Shown: piece after piece, positions 1 to 8,695 of the stretch
Layout: every line of letters begins with the position of its first letter
Numbering within the stretch: the stretch's first letter is position 1
Assembly (NCBI GenBank): GCA_013359235.1
Contig: JABWCE010000004.1
Coordinates: 18,931 to 82,930, forward strand
DNA: 64,000 bases
Direction of reading: 5' to 3'
Source of the DNA: Bacteroidota bacterium
GTDB lineage: Bacteria > Bacteroidota > Bacteroidia > NS11-12g > UBA9320
Program-made: the position numbers and the translations under genes
Notes under the pieces: model-generated
The model's database searches: none
What the model saw: the letters and a program-made list of their open reading frames with translations, nothing else
Told to the model about the DNA's origin: nothing

Positions 1-237
1 GATTTCGGGTTTTGCAGCAATTGATTTCTTTAAATTTTCCCAATTTTGATTTGTATTGGCTTCAATTTTATTAATCTGAGAGTTTGAAATTGTTTGATTT
101 ATATTTTTTAAAATTTCAAATTCGTTTTTCCAGAATAGGTCATTTTCTATTAGTTTTTCAATTTCAATAACTTCCTCGGCTGATGCTTCGCCATCAACGT
201 ATTTTACAAGGATATTATATGTATTGTTATAATTCAC
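1..237 (-). CDS. FecR-type anti-sigma factor, N-terminal part (runs off window edge)
   Basis: Manual translation from GTG at 237: MNYNNTYNILVKYVDGEASAEEVIEIEKLIEND...NQNWENLKKSI. This resembles Bacteroidota anti-sigma N-termini and lies downstream of an ECF sigma. Not in the ORF track. Confidence 0.75.
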   Translation of the reverse strand, partial: MNYNNTYNILVKYVDGEASAEEVIEIEKLIENDLFWKNEFEILKNINQTISNSQINKIEANTNQNWENLKKSIAAKPEI

Positions 238-392
238 TATTTTCTGATTAATGCCAATGAATTTTCAATATGGTTGTAAAACAACTGGTTGTATTGGTTT
301 TCGTTTAACCACAATTTTACATATTGTTTTTCTTCATTATTACATTTATTGAGAATGTATTTTGCTATTATGTTTCCTTCTGCAAATTCCAT
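237..392 (-). CDS. small 51-aa anti-sigma-domain-like protein
   Basis: ATG at 392 to TAG at 237-239: MEFAEGNIIAKYILNKCNNEEKQYVKLWLNENQYNQLFYNHIENSLALIRK. The IAKY..EE..WL.EN..N..F pattern matches FecR N-termini, and the stop overlaps the next GTG (TAGTG). Confidence 0.65.
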   Translation of the reverse strand: MEFAEGNIIAKYILNKCNNEEKQYVKLWLNENQYNQLFYNHIENSLALIRK

Positions 393-417
393 ATTTAACT
401 TTTTTGCTTACTATCTT

Positions 418-444
418 ACACACTTTGTTTATATTTTTCCCCTA
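418..444 (-). promoter_or_regulatory. putative ECF-dependent promoter (TAGGGG-N15-GTGTGT)
   Basis: GC-rich hexamers in an AT-rich spacer between the sigma gene and the anti-sigma genes. Resembles motifs I recall upstream of Bacteroidota fecR-like genes. Confidence 0.35.
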
Positions 445-453
445 TAAAATTAT

Positions 454-981
454 TCAATATTTTTCTAAAAAACAGATTATCAGTATTAAAATTATATAAA
501 AATTTTTTCTTAAAAACTTCAATGCATTTCCAATTTGGTTTTCTACTGTTTTTACCGAAATATCTAAAACTGCTGATATTTCTTTATAGCTCATATTTTC
601 ATATCGGCTTAGTATAAAAATTTCTCTGCATTTTGCCGGTAGTTTATTTATCAAAGAATCTATTTGATTAGCCGATTGTCGGCTTTCAATTATATCAGAA
701 GGTGTTTGGTTTTCAAATAATACATTTTCAAGATATTCAATTTCTGTGATTTTTGTTTTGTTTCTGGTAAGTTTGTTGTAGCACCTGTTTTTTACAGCTT
801 TATACAAATAAGATTTGGGATTGGGAGGTAAAATTAAAATTTCTTTTTTTTCCCAAATGTTTTTGAAGAGTTCTTGCACGAGGTCAATAGACTCTTGTTC
901 ATTTTTTAGGTAAAAATTTGCAAAATTTACCAAATGCGGTTGATAGGTTTTATACAATATTTCAAATTCTTTAAAATTCAA
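454..981 (-). CDS. ECF RNA polymerase sigma-70 factor (Bacteroidota FecI-like)
   Basis: Region 2 DLVQELF..IW and YLYKAVKN; region 4 LPAKCREIF.LSR...SYKEIS..L.ISVKTVENQI; hydrophobic C-tail. Confidence 0.93.
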   Translation of the reverse strand: MNFKEFEILYKTYQPHLVNFANFYLKNEQESIDLVQELFKNIWEKKEILILPPNPKSYLYKAVKNRCYNKLTRNKTKITEIEYLENVLFENQTPSDIIESRQSANQIDSLINKLPAKCREIFILSRYENMSYKEISAVLDISVKTVENQIGNALKFLRKNFYIILILIICFLEKY

Positions 982-999
982 ATTTGTTTAATGTTCGGG

Positions 1000-1007
1000 C
1001 AAAATTA
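1000..1007 (-). promoter_or_regulatory. Bacteroidota housekeeping promoter -7 element (TAATTTTG)
   Basis: TAnnTTTG match just upstream of the sigma start. Confidence 0.55.
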
Positions 1008-1075
1008 AATTTTAAATTTTCTTTTGATAAAAATTGTGGTTAATCTACTGTTTTTATTGATTAATTTTTTTTCAA

Positions 1076-1405
1076 CTAAAATATATTTTCTCTTTCGAAA
1101 TATTCTATTACATGATTTTTTATAAGTATTTCCTGTTCTTTATTGCCATTTACAGGTATTTTTTTTTCAAGTTTCCAAATGGGCCATCCTCGTTCATCAT
1201 TTTTTTGAAATTTATAATAACCTGAATAGCTCAATACTTTACATACTGCAATATGTATGAGTTCTGTTTTTTCTTCTTTGCTGAATTTGTTTTGCAATGT
1301 GCCCAATTCTCTTATTCCGATTAAAAACAGTACTGCATTTAAGTCGGGCTTTTTATTAAATTTTATTTTTATATTTTCTTGAATTAATCTCCACTTATCA
1401 TTCAT
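1076..1405 (-). CDS. conserved hypothetical protein (Bacteroidota)
   Basis: 109-aa ORF in the operon with radA. Motifs PDLNAVLFLIG.RELG and KEEK..L.H.AVC..LS..GYY. Confidence 0.8.
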   Translation of the reverse strand: MNDKWRLIQENIKIKFNKKPDLNAVLFLIGIRELGTLQNKFSKEEKTELIHIAVCKVLSYSGYYKFQKNDERGWPIWKLEKKIPVNGNKEQEILIKNHVIEYFERENIF

Positions 1406-1426
1406 TTTTCTTAAATTATTAAACTA

Positions 1427-2794
1427 TTATATCCATATAAAATCTAAACATTCTTCGATTTTAGAAACGGGAATAACTTCGATTTTTGATTTTTGTAAAC
1501 CTTTTTGGTTATATTTTGAAATTATTATTGTTTTAAAACCTAATTTTTCGGCTTCGGTTATTCTTTGCTCAATTTTACCTACTGCTCTTACCTCGCCACT
1601 CAAACCTATTTCGGCAGCAAATACAAAACCTGTATTAATTATTTGGTTGTGAAAAGATGATAAGATTGAAACTGCAATGCCCAAATCAAGTGCTGGGTCG
1701 TCAAGCCTTATTCCTCCGGCAATATTTACAAATACATCTTGAGTATTCAAGTAAAAACCACATCTTTTTTCAAGTACAGCCAGCAGCATGTTTAGTCTTC
1801 TTAAATCAAATCCGTTTGAGTTTCGTTGGGGTGTACCATAAACAGCACTGCTTACCAAAGCTTGTGTTTCTACAAGTAGCGGCCTTATGCCTTCAATTGC
1901 TGACGAAATAGATATACCTGAAAGCGGTTCTTGTCTTTGAGTTATGAGTATTTCGCTTGGGTTGGTTACTTCTCTGAGTCCGGTATTTATCATTTCATAA
2001 ATTCCTATTTCGGCAGCCGAACCAAAACGATTTTTTGTAGCTCGCAAAATACGGTATGTATGGTGCCTGTCACCTTCAAACTGTAAAACAGTATCTACCA
2101 TGTGTTCTAATATTTTTGGACCGGCAATTATTCCATCTTTTGTAATATGTCCTATCAAAAAAACCGGCACATTTGTTTCTTTAGAAAATCTAAGCAATTC
2201 TGAAGTACATTCTCTAATTTGTGAAATGCTTCCCGGTGCCGAATCAATAGCATTGGTATATAATGTTTGAATTGAATCTACTATAATTATTTCTGGTTTT
2301 AGTTCATTAATTACCTGAAAAATCAAATTCAAATCAGGTATAGAAAAAATATAACATTCTTCGTTTTTAATTCCTAATCTCTCAGCCCTCATTTTCACTT
2401 GGGTTTCGCTTTCTTCGCCAGATAAATAAAGGGCTTTGATTTTTAGTTTTACTGCCATTTGCAAAAGCAAAGTACTTTTTCCTATACCCGGCTCACCGCC
2501 TATTAATACTATACTGCCTGGAACTATCCCTCCTCCTAAAACTCTGTTCAATTCATTATCATAAGTAATTATTCTGGTTTCGCCAATTGAACTTATTTCT
2601 GAAATTTTTTTGGGTTTTACTATTTTATTTTTATCAAAATCAGTTCCTTTTTTCCATGGAGAAACATTGTTTTCTTTCACCACTATTTCTTCAATGTATG
2701 TATTCCACATATTGCACGAAGGACATTTTCCTATCCATTTACTTGCTGATGCTCCACAATTTTGGCAATAAAATACTGTTTTTGATTTTAACAT
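1427..2794 (-). CDS. radA: DNA repair protein RadA/Sms
   Basis: C4 zinc finger, Walker A GEPGIGKS, KNRFG motif, Lon-like C-terminus. Confidence 0.98.
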   Translation of the reverse strand: MLKSKTVFYCQNCGASASKWIGKCPSCNMWNTYIEEIVVKENNVSPWKKGTDFDKNKIVKPKKISEISSIGETRIITYDNELNRVLGGGIVPGSIVLIGGEPGIGKSTLLLQMAVKLKIKALYLSGEESETQVKMRAERLGIKNEECYIFSIPDLNLIFQVINELKPEIIIVDSIQTLYTNAIDSAPGSISQIRECTSELLRFSKETNVPVFLIGHITKDGIIAGPKILEHMVDTVLQFEGDRHHTYRILRATKNRFGSAAEIGIYEMINTGLREVTNPSEILITQRQEPLSGISISSAIEGIRPLLVETQALVSSAVYGTPQRNSNGFDLRRLNMLLAVLEKRCGFYLNTQDVFVNIAGGIRLDDPALDLGIAVSILSSFHNQIINTGFVFAAEIGLSGEVRAVGKIEQRITEAEKLGFKTIIISKYNQKGLQKSKIEVIPVSKIEECLDFIWI

Positions 2795-2807
2795 AAAGAT
2801 ATCTTTA

Positions 2808-3548
2808 CTATTGGTTATTCATCGAATTTTGTTTTCTTATTTCATACAGAAAAATTCCAGCGGCAACTGATACATTGAACGAACTTACTTTGCCTTGATG
2901 AGGAATTTTAACAAGTTTATCTGCAAGTTTTAATGCGATTTTTGACAAACCTGTTTCTTCTGAACCGAGTATTATGGCAGAAGGACCTTTAAAATCTGTA
3001 TTAAAAATTGATTCTGATGCTTTTTCAGTGCAACCTATTATTGATATTCCGTATTCTTTCATTTTCTCTAAAGTTATTGCTATTGAATTTACCTTACAAA
3101 CAGGTACAGTAAGCAATGCACCGGCACTTGTTTTTACAGCATCGGGGGTTACGGTTACAGAGTTATTTACGGGAATAACAATTGCATGAACTCCCAAACA
3201 TTCGGCCGTGCGGGCTATTGCTCCAAAATTGCGAACATCTGTTATCCCATCAAGAATTATTAAAAATGGTACTTCACCCCTCTCGAAAACCTGTGTAATT
3301 ATTTCTTCAAAATTTTGATATTCTACTGGCGAAATAAACCCTATTATCCCCTGATGATTTTTTCTTGTAATACGATCGAGTTTTGATTGTGGTACTGTTT
3401 TGTAAACTATTTTTTCAGCTTTTAAAACATTTAGCAAATCTCCGCTAAAACCTTGTTTTACTAAAATTTTGTCAAAGTTTTTACGTGCTGTGATTGCTTC
3501 TGAAATTGCTCTTATGCCAAATATTAAATTATTTTTACTGTTTTCCAT
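2808..3548 (-). CDS. rlmB: 23S rRNA (G2251)-2'-O-methyltransferase RlmB
   Basis: NHQG, LDGITDVRNFGAIART, GSEE.G and SFNVSVA SPOUT motifs. Confidence 0.93.
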   Translation of the reverse strand: MENSKNNLIFGIRAISEAITARKNFDKILVKQGFSGDLLNVLKAEKIVYKTVPQSKLDRITRKNHQGIIGFISPVEYQNFEEIITQVFERGEVPFLIILDGITDVRNFGAIARTAECLGVHAIVIPVNNSVTVTPDAVKTSAGALLTVPVCKVNSIAITLEKMKEYGISIIGCTEKASESIFNTDFKGPSAIILGSEETGLSKIALKLADKLVKIPHQGKVSSFNVSVAAGIFLYEIRKQNSMNNQ

Positions 3549-3557
3549 TTTTAACTG

Positions 3558-3593
3558 AAAAACCCACCCATTTTTGAGTATGAGTGGGTTTTT
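3558..3593 (-). terminator. intrinsic terminator after DUF2723 gene
   Basis: Minus strand AAAAACCCACTCAT-loop-ATGGGTGGGTTTTT hairpin with U-tract. Confidence 0.7.
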
Positions 3594-3612
3594 GTTTTAT
3601 ATTTTTTTATTT

Positions 3613-6600
3613 TTATCTATTTAGTGTGTTATACAAATTATTGTATTTTTCGCCTAATTTTTTATTTCCGCTTTCGGTTGCTCTTTTTGCACATTCTGTT
3701 ATGTATTGTAATGCTTCGGGCAATTTTTCGCTTACAAATTTAGCCTTTGAACCTGTGTATTGTTTGTAAAACTTAACTTGCTGTTCGCAATCTTTTATCA
3801 TAAATTCCATAAGTTTTTCGGCTTTTTTATTTTCGCCTGCTAAATAGTATGTGTCAATATAATAATAACGTAGCCTCAAATCCATTGGCATAGAGACTTC
3901 GGGTATTACTTTTTGACTATAATCTAATAGGTAAACAGCTTTTTTATTATCCTTTTTTTCATAAACGTAACTTCTTGCAAGTTGAACAAAAAGGATCCTA
4001 AGATTTTTGGGCACAAGCGTTGCTTTATCGTCAAGGTTCATTTTCAGATTTGTGTCCATATTTCCCCACACAAATTGCTTGGTAAGTTTGTTGTAGAGCA
4101 AATCGGGGTCTATTAATCCCATTTTATCTTTGCTGTTTTTTAACGGAACAAGCCTGTATGTTAAACCTTCGAGCCTGAAATATTCATCGAGGTTTAAATA
4201 AACTGACGAACCTGTTGTAGTGGTAAAATAAATAGGGCGTTTCCAGCCTTGCTTTGCATTTTGTGCAATAATATCCATTACTACTAATGTACCTTTATAT
4301 ACTGAATTAGCCCCAATGTTAAAGGTAATGTTATCAACTATAGAGTCGGTTGATTTTACAATACCATTTTTAATACATTCATTTTTGTCAACCGGAATCA
4401 TAAAGTTTTTTACAGGCATAAAATTCATAGGTTCACGTCCACCGGCTGTTGTCATGTTATTTACATCATCGCTTGTCATAAAATTTATTACTTCGTCGAG
4501 GTTGTAAATTTTATTTTGGTCAAATTGTCCATTGTCAAAAAAATATGTAATTTCTCGTTTGCCTTCTACAAGTTTATCGGCTGAAATTGACAAAGGTAAT
4601 GGCTCCGAATTATAAACTTTTCTTCTCAGAGCATTTATATACCAGTCAGTTCCCAGCAAGCTAAGGTTTATAATTCTAACGTCTGTTCTTATACCTTCTA
4701 CATTTTGAGCAAACCAAAGCGGGTAAGTATCATTATCGCCATTGGTAAAAAGTATAGCATTTTTTTCGCAACTGTTCAGATAATTTTTGGCAAATGACAA
4801 GCCAAGATATCTGTTTGAGCGGTCGTGGTCGTCCCAGTTGTTTTTAGCCATAATTGCTGGTACAGCCATTAAACAAACTAAAGTGATTAAAGAAATCAAC
4901 GCAGTTTTGTTCATATTAAGCTTTTTCCCAAGATAATCGTAAAGAAACAAAACTCCCAAGCCAATCCAGATACAAAAAGTTTGAAATGAACCTTCCATAG
5001 AATAATCTCTTTCACGTGGCTCATAAGGAGGTTGGTTTAAGTAAACTATTATTAATAATCCTGTGAAAAGAAACAAAGCTAATACAACATTTGCATCAAA
5101 TTTTCGGGTTTTAAATTGAAAAACCATTCCTAATATTCCGAGAATTAAAGGTAAAAAGTAATAAGTATTTCGGGCTTTATTTGCTTTAAAAGTATCTGGC
5201 AGGTTGTTTTGCGGACCAATGAGCCAATTGTCAATAAAATTAATACCGCTCAGCCAATTTCCATCCCACGGATCTCCGCTCATGCCTTGCATATCATTTT
5301 GTCTTCCTACAAAATTCCACATAAAATACCTCATGTACATATATCCAACTTGGTATTTTATAAAAAACCATAAATTTTGACCAAATGTAGGTTTTTTACC
5401 TTCTTTTGCCCCACTCCACATTTGATATCCTTGTGGACCGCCTTCTTTTTGCATATCTCCCATACGTGGAAATAGTGTGCAGTATTTAGGATCCCAAACA
5501 GGTTCTACTTTGTTTCCTATTTCTTCGTATTTTTCAGTTCCTTTTCTGTATTGCATTGAGCCTTCTTCGGTAGATATATAGTTTGCATTGTAATATGGTC
5601 CATAAATTAAAGGTCTGTCGCCATATTGTTCGCGGTTTATATAACTTGTAAGGGTGTAAGCATCTTCAGGGTTGTTCATGTCTATTGCCGGATCGGCTAA
5701 TGACCTAATAACAACCATTCCATAAGACGAATATCCAAGCATTATAAACAAAAGACAGTTTAATGAAAGATTGAGTATTGAATGATTTTTTTTGTATGAA
5801 AAATATATCCCATAAGAAATTAATCCCAAAAGTAATATCATGAAAAATACTAAGCCTGAGTTAAATGGCATGCTTAGTGAATTAACAAAAATTCTATCGA
5901 AAAATGCACCTACTTTAGGTACACCAGGTAAAATTATAGATTGTATTATTCCCAAAGCTCCAATTCCAATTGCCGATGAAATATACAAACCCCTTCTGCT
6001 ATATTTATATCTGTTGAAATAATAGTAATAAACCACAGCAGGAATGACAAGCAAGTTGAGTAAGTGCAACCCAACAGCCAATCCTAATGAATAAGCTATA
6101 AGTACAAGCCAGCGGTCGGCACCCGGTTCGTCTTTTACTCTCTCCCACTTTAAAATAAACCAAAATGAAAGCGCTGTAAAAAATGATGAAGATGCATACA
6201 CTTCGGCTTCTACGGCACTAAACCAAAATGAATCCATAAATGTCAAACTCAAAGCACCTACAAGCCCACTGCCAATTATAGCAATTGCCTGATTGAGCTC
6301 AATTTCTTCTTGATTAAGCGAAATATTTAGTATTTTTTTTGCAAAATGAACTATTATCCAAAAAGTAAACATTACTGTAAGTGCACTTGCCACTACACTT
6401 AACATATTTACCCAAAGTGCAACTTGTGTTACATCATTTCCGGCAAAAAGTGAAAAAATTCTACCAAGCATTAAAAACAATGGAGCACCTGGAGGGTGAA
6501 CTACCTGCAAGCGATACGAAGCCGAAATAAATTCGCCGCAATCCCATAAACTTACTGACGGTTCAACAGTAATTCCAAAAACAATTAATGAAATCAAAAA

Positions 6601-6645
6601 TGTTAACCACCCGAAAATGTTATTTATTAAACTAAATTTTTTCAT
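3613..6645 (-). CDS. DUF2723 multi-pass membrane glycosyltransferase (TMEM260-like, GT-C)
   Basis: WDCGEF, HPPGAP, WFSAVEAEVYA, RERDY and GDNDTYPLW motifs. Likely ATG start MKKFSL at 6645 rather than the track start at 6738. Confidence 0.9.
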   Translation of the reverse strand: MKKFSLINNIFGWLTFLISLIVFGITVEPSVSLWDCGEFISASYRLQVVHPPGAPLFLMLGRIFSLFAGNDVTQVALWVNMLSVVASALTVMFTFWIIVHFAKKILNISLNQEEIELNQAIAIIGSGLVGALSLTFMDSFWFSAVEAEVYASSSFFTALSFWFILKWERVKDEPGADRWLVLIAYSLGLAVGLHLLNLLVIPAVVYYYYFNRYKYSRRGLYISSAIGIGALGIIQSIILPGVPKVGAFFDRIFVNSLSMPFNSGLVFFMILLLGLISYGIYFSYKKNHSILNLSLNCLLFIMLGYSSYGMVVIRSLADPAIDMNNPEDAYTLTSYINREQYGDRPLIYGPYYNANYISTEEGSMQYRKGTEKYEEIGNKVEPVWDPKYCTLFPRMGDMQKEGGPQGYQMWSGAKEGKKPTFGQNLWFFIKYQVGYMYMRYFMWNFVGRQNDMQGMSGDPWDGNWLSGINFIDNWLIGPQNNLPDTFKANKARNTYYFLPLILGILGMVFQFKTRKFDANVVLALFLFTGLLIIVYLNQPPYEPRERDYSMEGSFQTFCIWIGLGVLFLYDYLGKKLNMNKTALISLITLVCLMAVPAIMAKNNWDDHDRSNRYLGLSFAKNYLNSCEKNAILFTNGDNDTYPLWFAQNVEGIRTDVRIINLSLLGTDWYINALRRKVYNSEPLPLSISADKLVEGKREITYFFDNGQFDQNKIYNLDEVINFMTSDDVNNMTTAGGREPMNFMPVKNFMIPVDKNECIKNGIVKSTDSIVDNITFNIGANSVYKGTLVVMDIIAQNAKQGWKRPIYFTTTTGSSVYLNLDEYFRLEGLTYRLVPLKNSKDKMGLIDPDLLYNKLTKQFVWGNMDTNLKMNLDDKATLVPKNLRILFVQLARSYVYEKKDNKKAVYLLDYSQKVIPEVSMPMDLRLRYYYIDTYYLAGENKKAEKLMEFMIKDCEQQVKFYKQYTGSKAKFVSEKLPEALQYITECAKRATESGNKKLGEKYNNLYNTLNR

Positions 6646-6764
6646 ATCTTTCAAAAGAGGTAGCGAAAATAAATAAGAATTATTATATATTTCATAAAGT
6701 AGTTTGAACTTAAAGCAAAAAATTAAATTTAGCGACAACTTTTTGTAAATATCAATTATAAAAC

Positions 6765-6772
6765 TATATTTG
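6765..6772 (+). promoter_or_regulatory. -7 promoter element (TATATTTG) of rimP-nusA-infB operon
   Basis: TAnnTTTG consensus about 55 nt upstream of rimP. Confidence 0.65.
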
Positions 6773-6791
6773 CAGCGAAATTGCGGAAGTT

Positions 6792-6817
6792 AAAGAGGGG
6801 ATAAAATCCCCTTTTTT
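6792..6817 (+). promoter_or_regulatory. rimP leader terminator-like hairpin (attenuator)
   Basis: AAAGAGGGGAT-AAA-ATCCCCTTTTTT between the promoter and the rimP ATG. Confidence 0.7.
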
Positions 6818-6825
6818 GTTGTAGA

Positions 6826-7287
6826 ATGGAGAAACTTACTTCGAAATTACAAAATTGGGTAACGGAATACTTGAACGGTTCCGATGATTTTATTATTGAA
6901 ATTGAGAGTAAATCACCATTCAAAAAATACAAAATCGTAATTGATGGTATAAAGCCGGTTTCGATTAGCAGATGCTCAGAACTGAGCAAATTTTTATCGA
7001 AAAAAATAGATGAAGACACAGAGATTAATTCTAGTGCAGGTTTTACTCTCGAAGTATCATCGCCCGGAGCCGATATGCCTTTAAAACTTCTCAACCAGTT
7101 TTATAAGCATATTGGACGTAAGATTGAAATTGTAACAAAAGAAAAAATTAAATACTGCGGAGAGTTGAAATCAATAGAAAACAATAATATTTTTATTGAA
7201 AGAAAAGTTTCGAAAAACGAAACCGCAACAGAAAAAATTGAGTTTAATAATATAGAAAAAGCATTAGTAATAATAACTTTTAAATAA
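6826..7287 (+). CDS. rimP: ribosome maturation factor RimP
   Basis: IDG...V.I..C..LS and FTLEVSSPGAD.PL motifs; directly upstream of nusA. Confidence 0.92.
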   Translation: MEKLTSKLQNWVTEYLNGSDDFIIEIESKSPFKKYKIVIDGIKPVSISRCSELSKFLSKKIDEDTEINSSAGFTLEVSSPGADMPLKLLNQFYKHIGRKIEIVTKEKIKYCGELKSIENNNIFIERKVSKNETATEKIEFNNIEKALVIITFK

Positions 7288-7299
7288 TAAAATAAAAAA

Positions 7300-8538
7300 A
7301 TGAGTTTAGGATTAGGATTAGTAGAGTCGTTTTCAGAATTTAAAGAATTTAAAAACATTGATCGTGCCACTATGATTAGGGTAATGGAAGATGTATTTAA
7401 AAGTATGCTAAAACGCAGATACGGTGACGACAGTAATTTTGATGTGATTGTAAATGATAAAACAGGAGATGTTGAAATTTATCAAAAAAGATTAATTGTA
7501 GATGAAGGTGAAGTAGAAGACCCAAACACAGAAATATCACTATCTGATGCACGTAAAATTGAATCGGACTTAAACCTTAATGAAGAAACCTATGAAGAAA
7601 TAACTATGGAAGTATTTGGCAGACGTTCAATACTTGCAGCCCGTCAAACCTTAATTTCACGAGTTCTTGAATTAGAAAAAGACGAAGTTTACAAAAAATA
7701 TAAAGACAGAGTTGGCGAAATTGTCAACGGAGAAGTATATCAGATCTGGAAAAAAGAACTTATGATACTTGACGATGAAGGCAATGAACTGATATTACCC
7801 AAATCTGAAATGATACCACGAGATTTTTACAAAAAAGGTGATTCAATAAGAGGCATTGTACTTAGAGTAGAAATGAATAATGCTCTTCCAAAAATTGTAC
7901 TTTCAAGAACAGCACCAGCATTTCTCGAAAGGCTATTTGAGATGGAAGTTCCCGAAATTCTCGATGGTTTGATTACAATAAAAAAAGTTGTTAGAGAACC
8001 AGGCGAAAGAGCAAAAGTTGCAGTAGAAAGTTATGACGACCGCATAGACCCCGTAGGGGCTTGTGTGGGTATGAAAGGTTCAAGAATACATGGTATAGTT
8101 AGAGAATTGAGAAACGAAAATATTGATGTAATCAATTACACAACAAACGTACAATTGTACATAACCAGATCATTAAACCCTGCTAAAATTGCGTCAATAA
8201 ATATTGATGAAGACAACAAAAGAGTTTCAGTTTACCTTCCTTCAGACCAAGTTTCGCTTGCTATTGGCAAAGGCGGGTTCAACATAAAACTTGCCGGAAA
8301 ACTTACAGGATACGAAATTGATGTTTACCGCGAAGATTCAAGTGAAGAATTTGACGTAGATTTAGAAGAATTTAATGACGAAATTGACGATTGGATTATT
8401 GACGAGCTTAAATCAATAGGGCTTGATACAGCAAAAAGCGTTCTTGCCGTTTCTAACGATGATTTGGTTAGACGAACAGAGCTTGAAGAAGAAACAATAG
8501 TTGAAATTAAAAAGATATTGGAAGCAGAGTTTATTTAA
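7300..8538 (+). CDS. nusA: transcription termination/antitermination factor NusA
   Basis: S1 and KH domains; REPGERAKVAV, DPVGACVG.KGSRI, AIGKGG.N. Confidence 0.98.
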   Translation: MSLGLGLVESFSEFKEFKNIDRATMIRVMEDVFKSMLKRRYGDDSNFDVIVNDKTGDVEIYQKRLIVDEGEVEDPNTEISLSDARKIESDLNLNEETYEEITMEVFGRRSILAARQTLISRVLELEKDEVYKKYKDRVGEIVNGEVYQIWKKELMILDDEGNELILPKSEMIPRDFYKKGDSIRGIVLRVEMNNALPKIVLSRTAPAFLERLFEMEVPEILDGLITIKKVVREPGERAKVAVESYDDRIDPVGACVGMKGSRIHGIVRELRNENIDVINYTTNVQLYITRSLNPAKIASINIDEDNKRVSVYLPSDQVSLAIGKGGFNIKLAGKLTGYEIDVYREDSSEEFDVDLEEFNDEIDDWIIDELKSIGLDTAKSVLAVSNDDLVRRTELEEETIVEIKKILEAEFI

Positions 8539-8695
8539 AAATTGGGATTAAATGATTTATTGGTTATTCCCAGTAATTTTATAATAATTATGAAAAGTAG
8601 TTTATAATACCGAAGGACAATGGCAGATTAGAATTGGCAGTGCCTCCTTCTGTAATAATTAAAATTTTAAAAAAACAACAGGAAAAGTACAGAAG

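Noticed and set aside
6646-6738. N-terminal extension of the DUF2723 ORF given in the track
   Set aside because: It runs through the AT-rich divergent promoter region; family-like sequence starts at MKKFSL (6645).
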